A DNA stretch of 64,000 nucleotides from Octopus sinensis (Eukaryota): positions 50,840,001-50,904,000 of the forward strand of contig NC_043001.1 of NCBI RefSeq assembly GCF_006345805.1, written 5' to 3'. The notes under the pieces are model-generated. The model did no database searches, was not told the origin of the DNA, and was given only the letters and a program-made list of their open reading frames with translations. Positions 13,173 to 24,434 of this stretch are shown here, piece after piece. Each line of letters begins with the position of its first letter. Positions within the stretch are counted from its first letter, which is position 1. The translations under genes and the position numbers were made by a program.

Positions 13173-13207
13173 GTTTAACGTTTCGAGCGGAGCTCTTCGT
13201 CAGAAAC
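13173..13207 (-). ncRNA. Minimal type I hammerhead ribozyme motif (Penelope pLTR-type)
   Basis: Minus strand GUUU-CUGACGA-A-GAGC(UCC)GCUC-GAAA-CGUU/AAAC: 4-bp stem I, 4-bp stem II, palindromic ACGU stem III. Confidence 0.65.
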
Positions 13208-13277
13208 ATAGAAAAAGGAAAGGTCCAAGAAAGGGAAGACGGAGAAAGAAAATACTCACACACGCATATTGAGGAGG

Positions 13278-13656
13278 AAGCACTCCGTCGGTTACGACGA
13301 CGAGGGTTCCGGTTGATCCGATCAACGGAACAGCCTGCTCGTGAAATTAACGCGTAAGTGGCTGAGCACTCCACAGACACGTGTACCCTTAACGTAGTTT
13401 TCGGGGATATTCAGCGTGACACAGAGAGTGACAAGGCCGGCCCTTTGAAATACAGGTACAACAGAAACAGGAAGAAAGAGTGAGAGAAAGTTGTGGTGAA
13501 AGAGTACAGCAGGGATCACCACCATCCCCTGCCGGAGCCTCGTGGAGCTTTAGGTGTTTTCGCTCAATAAACACTCACAACGCCCGGTCTGGGAATCGAA
13601 ACCGCGATCCTACGACCGCGAGTCCGCTGCCCTAACCACTGGGCCATTGCGCCTCC
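13278..13656 (-). mobile_element. tRNA-derived SINE (family C), near full length
   Basis: Head ggcgcaatggcccagtggttagggcagcggactcgcggtcgtaggatcgcggtttcgattcccagacc (A and B boxes). Other copies at ~22420-22720 and ~4941-5065. Confidence 0.88.
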
Positions 13657-13952
13657 GCACGCATACACATACATACATATAAACATACATTATATATATT
13701 CTTTTATTATTTTGTGTCAGTCATTTGACTGCGACCATGCTGAAGCACCGCCTTGAAAGGTTTTAGTCGAACAAATCGATCTCTGGACGTATTTCTTAAA
13801 CCTAGTATTTATTCTATCGGTCTATTTAGCCAAACCGTTAAGTTACGGGGACGAAAACACACCAACACCGGTGCTCAAAGAGTGACGCAGGGACAAACAA
13901 AGACACAAAGACACACACACATGCCAATATATACATATACGTACATACATGC

Positions 13953-13980
<28 letters not shown>

Positions 13981-13985
<5 letters not shown>

Positions 13986-16900
13986 GAGGGCATAATTATA
14001 CATACATGCCAGGAGGCATTATATATACCTGCCAAACGCTAAGAGGGACAATCAGTCATTTCTACCAAAAATATTACTAATCCCACTGAATGCAACTTTT
14101 CAAAGTAAGACATTTAAAAATATAGGCCTGTATCACAGTGATTTCATACTTACGTAATCATCAGCAGGCCTGAATGTATTATAAATAAACAACGACCTTG
14201 CCTCGCTTAAGCCGAACAGCTAACTGATCAACATCAACGAAGCACATGGGTGAGTTTATATATATTACATCCGGGTGAATGGCAAACTTTTACAAAATTG
14301 CATTTCGGGAGAGGAAAAAGTTTTTTCGGAATAAAAATTTTGCAATTAAGGACAACTACTTAATAAGGAAAACTTAACAAGAAATTGTCAGGTAGATAGC
14401 GTAAAAACCTCATAAGAGAAAAAATTTCGAAAATAATTATTTCTTATTGAACATATTAATTTATATATAGAGGGCATAATTATACATACATGCCAGGAGG
14501 CATTATATATACCTGCCAAACGCTAAGAGGGACAATCAGTCATTTCTACCAAAAATATTACTAATCCCACCGAATGCAACTTTTCAAAGTAAGACATTTA
14601 AAAATATAGGCCTGTATCACAGTGATTTCATACTTACGTAATCATCAGCAGGCCTGAATGTATTATAAATAAACAACGACCTTGCCTCGCTTAAGCCGAA
14701 CAGCTAACTGATCAACATCAACGAAGCACATGGGTGAGTTTATATATATTACATCCGGGTGAATGGCAAACTTTTACAAAATTGCATTTCGGGAGAGGAA
14801 AAGTTTTTTCGGAATAAAAATTTTGCAATTAAGGACAACTACTTAATAAGGAAAACTTAACAGAAATTGTCAGGTAGATAGCGTAAAAACCTCATAAGAG
14901 AAAAAATTTCGAAAATAATTATTTCTTATTGAACATATTAATTTATATATAGAGGGCATAATTATACATACATGCCAGGAGGCATTATATATACCTGCCA
15001 AACGCTAAGAGGGAATCAGTCATTTCTACCAAAAATATTACTAATCCCACCGAATGCAACTTTTCAAAGTAAGACATTTAAAAATATAGGCCTGTATCAC
15101 AGTGATTTCATACTTACGTATCATCAGCAGGCCTGAATGTATTATAAATAAACAACGACCTTGCCTCGCTTAAGCCGAACAGCTAACTGATCAACATCAA
15201 CGAAGCACATGGGTGGGTTGATATATATTACATCCGGGTGAATGGCAAACTTTTACAAAATTGCATTTCGGGAGAGAAAAAGTTTTTTCGGAATAAAAAT
15301 TTTGCAATTAAGGACAACTACTTAATAAGGAAAACTTAACAAGAAATTGTCAGGTAGATAGCGAAAAACCTCATAAGAGAAAAAATTTCGAAAATAATTA
15401 TTTCTTATTGAACATATTATTTATATATAGAGGGCATAATTATATACATGCCAGGAGGCATTATATATACTGCCAAACGCTAAGAGGGACAATCAGTCAT
15501 TTCTACCAAAAATATTACTAATCCCACCGAATGCAACTTTTCAAAGTAAGACATTTAAAAATATAGGCCTGTATCACAGTGATTTCATACTTACGTAATC
15601 ATCAGCAGGCCTGAATGTATTATAATAAACAACGACCTTGCTCGCTTAAGCCGAACAGCTAATGATCAACATCAACGAAGCACATGGGTGAGTTATATAT
15701 ATTACATCCGGGTGAATGGCAAACTTTTACAAAATTGCATTTCGGGAGAGGAAAAAGTTTTTTCGGAATAAAAATTTTGCAATTAAGGACAACTACTTAA
15801 TAAGGAAAACTTAACAAGAATTGTCAGGTAGATAGCGTAAAAACCTCATAAAAGAGAAAAAATTTCGAAAATAATTATTTCTTATTGAACATTTATTATA
15901 TATAGAGGGCATAATTATACATACATGCCAGGAGGCATTATATATACCTGCCAAACGCTAAGAGGGACAATCAGTCATTTCTACCAAAAATATTACTAAT
16001 CCCACCGAATGCAACTTTTCAAAGTAAGACATTTAAAAATATAGGCCTGTATCACAGTGATTTCATACTTACGTAATCATCAGCAGGCCTGAATGTATTA
16101 TAAATAAACAACGACCTTGCCTCGCTTAAGCCGAACAGCTAACTGATCAACATCAACGAAGCACATGGGTGAGTTTATATATATTACATCCGGGTGAATG
16201 GCAAACTTTTACAAAATTGCATTTCGGGAGAGAAAAAGTTTTTTCGGAATAAAAATTTTGCAATTAAGGACAACTACTTAATAAGGAAAACTTAACAAGA
16301 AATTGTCAGGTAGATAGCGTAAAAAACCTATAAGAGAAAAAATTTCGAAAATATTATTTCTTATTGAACATATTAATTATATATAGAGGGCATAATTATA
16401 CATACATGCCAGGAGGCATTATATATACCTGCCAAACGCTAAGAGGGACAATCAGTCATTTCTACCAAAAATATTACTAATCCACCGAATGCAACTTTTC
16501 AAAGTAAGACATTTAAAAATATAGGCCTGTATCACAGTGATTTCATACTTACGTAATCATCAGCAGGCCTGAATGTATTATAAATAAACAACGACCTTGC
16601 CTCGCTTAAGCCGAACAGCTAACTGATCAACATCAACGAAGCACATGGGTGAGTTTATATATATTACATCCGGGTGGGATTAGTAATATTTTTGGTAGAA
16701 ATGACTGATTGTCCCTCTTAGCGTTTGGCAGGTATATATAATGCCTCCTGGCATGTATGTATAATTATGCCCTCTATATATAAATTAATATGTTCAATAA
16801 GAAATAATTATTTTCGAAATTTTTTCTCTTATGAGGTTTTTACGCTATCTACTGACAATTTCTTGTTAAGTTTTCTTATTAAGTAGTTGTCCTTAATTGC

Positions 16901-17382
16901 AAAATTTTTATTCCGAAAAACTTTTTCCTCTCCCGAAATGCAATTTTGTAAAAGTTTGCCATTCACCCGGATGTAATATATATAACTCACCCATGTGCTT
17001 CGTTGATGTTGATCAGTTAGCTGTTCGGCTTAAGCGAGGCAGGTCGTTGTTTATTTATAATACATTCAGGCCTGCTGATGATTACGTAAGTATGAATCAC
17101 TGTGATACAGGCCTATTTTTAAATGTCTTACTTTGAAAAGTTGCATTCGGTGGGATTAGTAATATTTTTGGTAGTAGAAATGACTGATTGTCCCTCTTAG
17201 CGTTTGGCAGGTATATAATGCCTCCTGGCATGTATGTATAATTATGCCCTCTATATATAATTAATATGTTCAATAAGAAATAATTATTTTCGAAATTTTT
17301 TCTCTTATGAGGTTTTTACGCTATCTACCTGACAATTTCTTGTTAAGTTTTCCTTATTAAGTAGTTGTCCTTAATTGCAAAA
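13981..17382. repeat. Tandem array of a ~480-bp unit: 5.6 direct copies plus ~1.5 inverted copies, flanked by (TA)n
   Basis: Unit starts (atatagagggc) at 13981, 14465, 14947, 15425, 15900 and 16381. The strand switches at ~16673 and the inverted arm runs to 17382. Confidence 0.97.
14124..14171 (-). ncRNA. Type I hammerhead ribozyme motif of the satellite unit (also 14608-14655, 15088-15134, 15565-15612, 16043-16090, 16523-16570 on minus; 17068-17114 on plus)
   Basis: Minus strand AGGCCUG-CUGAUGA-U-UAC(GUAA)GUA-U-GAAA-UCAC U GUGA-UA/CAGGCCU. It has a perfect 7-bp stem I, an intact core, a GNRA-capped stem II and an AUA triplet. The U.U at 10.1-11.1 is non-canonical. The copy at 15088 lacks one nt next to the core, and the copy at 17068 reads GAA instead of GAAA. 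Confidence 0.75.
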
Positions 17383-17439
17383 TATATATATATATTATAT
17401 TATATATATATATATATTATATATATATTATATATATAT

Positions 17440-17610
17440 ATATATATATACCTGTAAATGTATATATGTGACAATTATTCGGTAGCAATGATAAAACTCC
17501 GAGTTTTGGATGCCGAATAATTGTCACATATTACATTTACAGATAAATTCCTCTATTTACATAATAACGAGGTCTCTTTCATTCTTTTGTTGTCTTACCA
17601 TTTTTATCAG
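17440..17610. mobile_element. Collapsed fold-back copy of the (TA)n-embedded element also seen at 40190-40660 and 53840-53995
   Basis: tgtgacaattattcgg...ccgaataattgtcaca inverted arms, plus the shared segment atttacagataaattcctctatttacataata..gaggtctctttcattcttttgttgtcttacc. Confidence 0.75.
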
Positions 17611-17650
17611 TATATATATATACACACACACACGCGCATACACACACACA

Positions 17651-20253
17651 TATGGATGCATCCCCGATCAAAACACTGGCACCTCCTTGACCACCTCCTA
17701 GTGCACCAACGAGACCAGTCATGCACACCAGAGTGATGCCTAGCGCAGAAGGCCATACTGACCATCGCCTGGTCCATTGCTAACTCAAATTCCACTTCAA
17801 GCCCAAACCAGCAAAAAAGACAGGACTGGTCAACAACAGGAAAATCAAAACTAGCGATCTGCAGATAAACGAAGTGAAAGTAGACTTCCAGGCAGGACTA
17901 CAGGCAAAACTTGATAAATCCAATCGTCCCTCAGATCCCTTTCCAAAAATCCTATGGGAACAACTGAAAACCGCGAAAACCGCCATCCTACAGACCTCTG
18001 CAGAAATCCTTGGGTTTACGAAGAAAAAGAAGGATTGGTTTGACGAAAACGATGTGCTGATCCAGGAATTATTAAAGAAGTCTGTCCACCAAGCACACCT
18101 GGCACACCCCACCTGCCTAGAGAAGAAAGCGGCCTTTCGCCAAGCCTGCAGCTTTCTGCAGCGCAAACTCCGTGAAGTTCAGAATGAGTGGTGGACCAAC
18201 TTCGCACGGAGAATCCAGCTGTGCTCTGACTCTGGCGTCTACAGGGGGTTCTACGAAGCTCTCAAAGCTGTCTACGGTCTAACACCTCAAGTCCGGAGTC
18301 CCCTACGCAGCTCAGATGGCCAGGCACTTCTCACAGACACAGCATCCATTCTCAACCGCTGGTCTGAATACTTTCAGGCCCTCTTCAGTGCAAACTGAGT
18401 TGTCCAGGAAAATGCAAACCGCCACATCCAGCATCAACCAGTTAGAGTGGAATTAGATGAGCCGCCAATCCTAGAAGAGATCACAGTTACCACAGGCCGG
18501 CTGAAGAGTAGACAGGCAGCAGGAGTCGATGGCATAGCATTAGAGATATGGAAGCATGAGGGTCCTGTCATATATGCTAAACTCCATGAGCTCCTCGTTG
18601 TATGCTGAGAACAAGGCAAGCTGTCACAAGATTTTCGTGATGCTGTCATCATTGCACTATACAAACACAAAGGGGAAAATCAGACTGCACAAACTATCGG
18701 GAGAACAACCTACTTTCCACTGCAGGGAAAGTTCTAGCATGATTACTTCTCAAAAGACTTGTTCTGTCCATTACCGAAAATCATCTTCCAAAAAGCCAAT
18801 GCAGTTTCAGAGCCAACAGAAGCACAACAGATATGGTTTTCGTTCTCAGGCAGCTCCAAGAAAAGTGCCGGGAGCAAAACAAACCACTTTATGTAACATT
18901 TGTCGATCTGATGAAAGCGTTCGACATTGTGAGCAGGAAAGGTCTGTGGCAGATTCTAAACCGACTTGGCTGTCCTCCAAAATTCCTAACCATGATCATC
19001 TAGCTTCACGAAGACCAGCAAAGAGAAGTCCGCCCGAATAGCGACATATCAGAGCCATTCCCCATCAACAACTGCGTGAAGTAGGACTGTGTCCTAGAAC
19101 CAACTCTCTTCAGCATCTTCTTCAGCATAATGCTCAAGCAGTCCACTGCAGACCTCGATGCTGAAGCCTGCATCTACATCAGGTACTGTCTGGACGGCAG
19201 TCTTTTCAACCTCCGACGCCTGCAGGCCCACACCAAGACTCAAGAGCAATTGATCCAGGACCTCTTTGCAGATCATGCCGCACTCATTGCACACAGAGAA
19301 AGAGCCCTGCAGCGCATCACATCCTGCTTTGTAGAAGCCGCCCAGCTCTTCGGGCTGAAAGTTAAGCTTGAAAAAAACTGAAGTCCTACACCAACCAGCT
19401 CCCCAGGAAGAGTACAAGATGCCCCACATCACCATTGCCAAAACAGAACTGAAGTCAGTACAGCAGTTCACATATCTTGGTTGTACCATTTCATCAGATG
19501 CGAGTATCAACAAAGAAATTGACAACAGACTTTCTAAGGCAAACAAAGCATTTGGCAGACTGCACAAGTGTGTGTGGAATAATAAGCATCTTAAGATCAG
19601 TACAAAAGTCAGAGTCTACAGGTCCGTTGTCATCACGATGCTCCTATATGTCTCTGAGTCCTGGGTCCCCTACCGCTGTCCTCTCGGGCTCCTTGGACGT
19701 TTTCACCAATGCTGCTTTCACACCATCCTCAACACCTACTAGAACGACCACATCACCAACACTGAGATCCTCAAGCGTGCAAAGGTCACCAGCCTGGAAG
19801 CCATTTTACTTGAGACACGACTACGTTGAGCAGGACACCGTTGACAGGATGAAAAACCACCGCCAATATCATCATGTACGGTGAGCTCACCACTGGCCAC
19901 GGCAACAGGTGGGGACACCAAAGAAGCATTACAAGGACTGCCTGAAGCAGTCCCTTAGCGTTTGTGACATTGATTATCGTGAGTGGTCTATTCTAACAGC
20001 TGACCGTGTTGCTTGGCGCCATACCATCAGCGATGCTGTTTTCTTCTTTAAGATCTCTTGCAGAGCCTTTCTTGAAGACAAACGTCAGAGGCGAAAAAAT
20101 AATGTAGCAGCATCATCATACCCTGGACAACAATACTTCTGTCAGCATTACAATCGGATTTGTCAATCCCACATCGGCCTTATCAGCCACGAACGAGCGT
20201 ACAGACGACGTGGACAACAGCCCTCCTAATCTTTGTCAGCGAAGTCAAGCCAA
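17651..20253 (+). mobile_element. RTE-clade (BovB-like) LINE, 5'-truncated within the APE endonuclease, pseudogenised ORF2
   Basis: Motifs in order: 'WMHPRSKHWHLLD', 'TDHRLV', 'DWFDEND', 'GVDGIALEIWK', 'FVDLMKAFD', 'PTLFSIFFS', 'LFADH' (decayed FADD), 'YLGCTIS...EIDNRLSKANKAFGRL', 'PKKHYKDCLKQSL', 'SHIGLISH'. Many stops and frameshifts; the 3' end runs into (TA)n. Confidence 0.95.
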
Positions 20254-20451
20254 GATATATATATATATATATATTATGTGAAATAGAAAGATGAATAATC
20301 TTGTAGCAGATTAATCAAAAGTTTAACCGATACCTTGGTAGCAAAAATCACAGCAGAAGACAGTACGGTTGGAGGTACAACCATATGGTGTTGCAACCGT
20401 GCGTTGGTGCTCCGCCTCTGTTCTGTTTTTGTTTTTTCCAACGGATTTCCT

Positions 20452-20542
20452 ATTTCTTCCTGAAGAGAAAGACACAATATGGTCTCATTATTCAATCGGA
20501 TTTTGGTAAATTGTGCCTTTCGAAACACGTGTAGAATGAAAT
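20452..20542 (+). ncRNA. Type I hammerhead ribozyme motif with extended stem II
   Basis: AUUUCUUC-CUGAAGA-GAAAGACACAAU...AUUGUGCCUUUC-GAAA-CACGUG-UA/GAA(U)GAAAU. Canonical G10.1-C11.1, GUA triplet and palindromic stem III. Confidence 0.7.
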
Positions 20543-20694
20543 AAAACGATTTCTGTTCAATCTTCGTTCAGCTCCATTTCTTCAATTCACCAATAATATT
20601 TTATATATATATATATATATATACCGGAGGAAACACATAAATGTGAAACAAGGTGGAAAAAAGAGTACTCAAATACCAGTGGTAGAGTAATATG

Positions 20695-20847
20695 CTTTAT
20701 TTAAAGCAGCAGAAAATTCAACAAAACCTGTTACTCTGAGTTTCCCGTTGCCGTTCATCGGACAGTTTTTGCAAAAACTGTCCGATGAACGGCAACGAGA
20801 AACTCAGAGTAACAGGCTTTGTTGAATTTTCTGCTGCTTTAAATAAA

Positions 20848-20848
<1 letters not shown>
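20695..20848. repeat. 154-bp near-perfect palindrome containing two opposed hammerhead-like motifs (CCGAUGA core variant)
   Basis: 77-bp arms with 2 mismatches, centred at 20771/20772. Plus-strand motif at 20778-20815 and minus-strand motif at 20728-20765. Confidence 0.9.
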
Positions 20849-20894
<46 letters not shown>

Positions 20895-21104
20895 CATACA
20901 TAGACTGACGGTGATTTTTTCCCTTCTTCCTCCTTTTCTTTTGGACTTTCCTGTCTCCTGTTTCCGAAGAAGAACTTTGCTTGAAACGTAAAACAACCAC
21001 TCTTTCTTTCCTTCTCTGAGCGTCATACTCATAACGCGAGTACGTGGTACATGCAAAGTATAAATATGACGCTCAGAGAAGGAAAGAATATATATATATA
21101 TATA

Positions 21105-21338
21105 TAGAATGGTTGTATACTGTCAATCTAACAAGAACGTGACAGTAGGGGGTACACCACCGTTGTATAGCCCTAGGAGGCATCGAACGCCTCCTGACAG
21201 CTTCGACACATTTTTTCCCTGTGTCCTTATATACATATACGAAGGGGAGACAAACACCCCCGGCCGTCGGAACTGCATCTAGGGACACCGTGTTTCAGGA
21301 TCACGTTCTTGTTAGATTGACAGTATACAACCATTCTA
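21105..21338. repeat. (TA)n-flanked element with perfect 38-bp inverted repeats
   Basis: tagaatggttgtatactgtcaatctaacaagaacgtga (21105-21142) and its exact reverse complement at 21301-21338. Confidence 0.88.
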
Positions 21339-21417
21339 TCGCCCCACCACCGTACATGTCTCTACGAGAGATTTAGAAATTCAATATTTCTTATTATATA
21401 TATATATATATATATAT

Positions 21418-21463
<46 letters not shown>

Positions 21464-23788
21464 GCCATTTCCTGCAGCTCCTTACAACCTAGAAGGCGAG
21501 AAAAATTTTAATAATCAAAAAGTAATTTAATTTCTTTTCTATTTTTCGTCTCTCTTTACGTTCTAAGCTCAAATTCCGCTGAGGTCCACTTTGCTTTCCA
21601 CCCTTTCGGAGTCGATAAAGAAAGTACTAGTTGAGCACTGGAGCCGATGTAATCGACTTACACCCTACCATAAAATTGCTGACCTTATTCCAAAATTTGA
21701 AATCAATTTGTTTTCCATTTCCTATGTACGTTTATTTTCTCTACCTTTTTGAGCGTTATCAGTGAATGTATTATCGAAGTAGTAGCAAATGAATCTCCAC
21801 GAAAACGTTAAGAAACGTATATTTGTTGATACTGATAAATATAACCGTTTGGTAACAGGTCCAGAGTTGTTTTTCGTATTTGATGGAGGGGATAGGGATA
21901 AAAGCAAAGGCAAAACAAAACAATAAGCAAAACCATTATTCTATTTGTCATGAAGCAGTACTGATTTATCTTCCTGCATATTTTATTCTACTTTAGCTTT
22001 TTGATACTCCATGTATTAAATATGCTGACGTCCACTTACCCAATGTTTATCATGCAGCTGGTGTCGCAAAATGGTCTAGTTTCTATATACAGCCATGATT
22101 GATTTATTTTCTTCTCGTTTATGGATCTGAAATTTCTTGAGTAACTTGATATTACCAATAAACCTCGTCTTGGCATTAGTAATTTCGGCATAACTTGATA
22201 GAGACAGAGTAGTTAATATCATTGAAAGTGGATATAAATATAATTTAAATTCGGCCATAATGCAGACAACTGAAAACAACTGACGAATAGAATGATCGAA
22301 ACGTAATTGAGTAGGTAGAAATAAGGTTAATTTGTTTGTTTTTCTAATACGTATCTCGAACGACTTTAGAAATATTTAATCTCGCAAGCAAATATCTAAG
22401 TGGCACTTTGCCGATTTCGACGACAAGTGTTCAAGTTGATCCGTTCAACGGAACGAACAGCCTGCTCGTGAAATTAACGTGCAAGTTGCTGAGCATTCCA
22501 CGGACACGCGTACCTTTAAAGTAGCTTTCACGGAGATTCAGCGGGACACAGAGTGTGACAAGGATGAGATCCTTTGAAATACAGGTGTTACTCATTTTTG
22601 CCAACTTAGTGGATTGGAGCAACGTGAAATAAAGTATCTTAGATAAGGACACAATATACGGCTGGGAATTGAATTCACGAGCTTACGATCGCGAACCGAC
22701 TACCCTAAACGCTAATCCACGTTTCTTCACAAGCAGATATTTATCATCATCATAGTTTGGCTGCATGAACGAAGATGTATATAAAAAGAGCAGTCCACAT
22801 CGGGCTGTAGACTCAATTGTATTTTATTTATTCACATGTTGAAAAGGAAGATATTAGATACTAAACTATTGAATGGCTCTATATTAGATATCTGTCTCTC
22901 GAATACTAAATAAAGCCAGCAATGCGCAAATAAAAGAGCCATTTCTTAATCAATCAACCTCCTGGAAATAGCAGGCAGCTCGTTCCTTGCCCCACCCACA
23001 AAAAATGCCCCCACAAGAAGGACATTTTATTGTGTAGTCTAAGATAGATAGTGGTGGATTTATAGAATCAGTAGAAATTCAGATAAAACACAATGCGATA
23101 TTTTTTCTGGCTCTCAACTTTCTCTGTTCCGATCCTACCGAAGTGAGGACTTTGTCTTTCATCTCTGTGGATTCTATAAAATTCTAGTACTGAGATCAAT
23201 GTTTTCTCCATCCCCATCACTAAATTCTAGCCTTGTGGCTCTCATAGAACTTATGTAGTCTGGGATAAAATATGTGTGAAAAGACTGGATGATTAGGGTT
23301 TGAAATTTAGGATGTTTTATTTATCTATAATAATGAAAACAAAATTCTGTCTGAGACCCCTGTGTCTCAGTCTACATTTGCTCTACATAGACATGATATA
23401 ACTTTTGGAATCAGGATGATCCAAGGATTGAAAATCTACCCTTCATTTGGTTCTTGAACATCCGGCATTGGGATTTGATTTAAAGCATTTGGGTTGCAAT
23501 TTCTAGCAGGTAAAGCATGGCTGATTCACGCCATTTTGATTGGCGTTTGTCAGATGACGGTAGAGATCAAAGGGGAGATAAATAGCATTCGTTTCGTTAA
23601 TTTTACGTCGAGATAAGAACTTTGGAACAAATTGGCCAATAGTTGGAATCCAACTTGGGACTGGAACAATGACATGATTACATTAGAGAATTAATTCTAA
23701 TCTGCCCTTAACCTCTGATCAAACCCCACCAAGGTAAATAGTATAAACGCATTATAGTCATGTTATTTAGCTCCGTTTAGTTTTGGGC

Positions 23789-23842
23789 CTCAGGCCCAAT
23801 TAGCTCTCAGGCCCAATTAGCCCTCAGGCCCAATTAGCCCTC
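23789..23842. repeat. 17-bp minisatellite x3 (ctcaggcccaattagcY)
   Basis: Units at 23789, 23806 and 23823. Confidence 0.9.
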
Positions 23843-24221
23843 TGCAGAAACTAGCTTAAAATTCCGCACGAAGTGTTGCATTTAAGCGAGTATATATATA
23901 CTATATATATATATATATATTTATATAGTTTTTAAAATTAATCAGAAATGCAATATAGGAACAGATGGAATATTCACACGTGACATGGACGTTGCTCACA
24001 CTTCGTCGGTTATCATCTAAAAATCCTTACAATTTCACACCTTTAACGATAATATTGGTCAACAGCGATAAGCTTAGATGTGTGAGTTAGTGGCACCTTA
24101 GGCAAGTAACTACTAGAAAGCTCTGTAAGTGGATTTGGTAGACGTAAACTGAAAGACGCTTTGTGTGCGTGTGTGTATGTATGGGGGCTTATGCATGCAT
24201 GTATGTATGTATGTATGTATG

Positions 24222-24255
<34 letters not shown>

Positions 24256-24434
24256 TGTATGTATGCATGTATGTAAGTATGTATGTATGTATGTATGTTT
24301 GTATGTATGTGTGTGTATGTATGTATGTATGTATGTATGTATGTGGGAGTCCCGACCACCGCCTGAAACCAGTGTTGGTGTGTTTACATCCCCTAAACTT
24401 TACGATTTGGCGCATCTTCAATTTTCCCAATCAT

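Noticed and set aside
13580-13656. tRNA-like sequences at SINE heads (also 2743, 31541, 58820)
   Set aside because: They continue into SINE bodies and lack a full cloverleaf, so they are not tRNA genes.
14145-14154. atacttacg in the satellite unit resembles the U1 snRNA 5' end
   Set aside because: Only 8 nt match and no further U1 sequence follows. It is explained as the antisense of HHR stem II.
13981-17382. CRISPR-like or rDNA/5S/snRNA tandem cluster interpretation of the array
   Set aside because: The units are identical throughout, with no unique spacers, and show no recognisable rRNA, tRNA or snRNA sequence or Pol III boxes.
22278-22312. caaCTGACGAatagaatgatcGAAAcgtaattg hammerhead-like string
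   Set aside because: Stem II does not pair and stem I is out of register. It is probably a decayed minimal HHR and was not called as a feature.
22985-23050. 'KCPSCGGIFCGW' resembling a BIR or zinc-finger piece
   Set aside because: It is flanked by nearby stops and lacks the remaining ligands.
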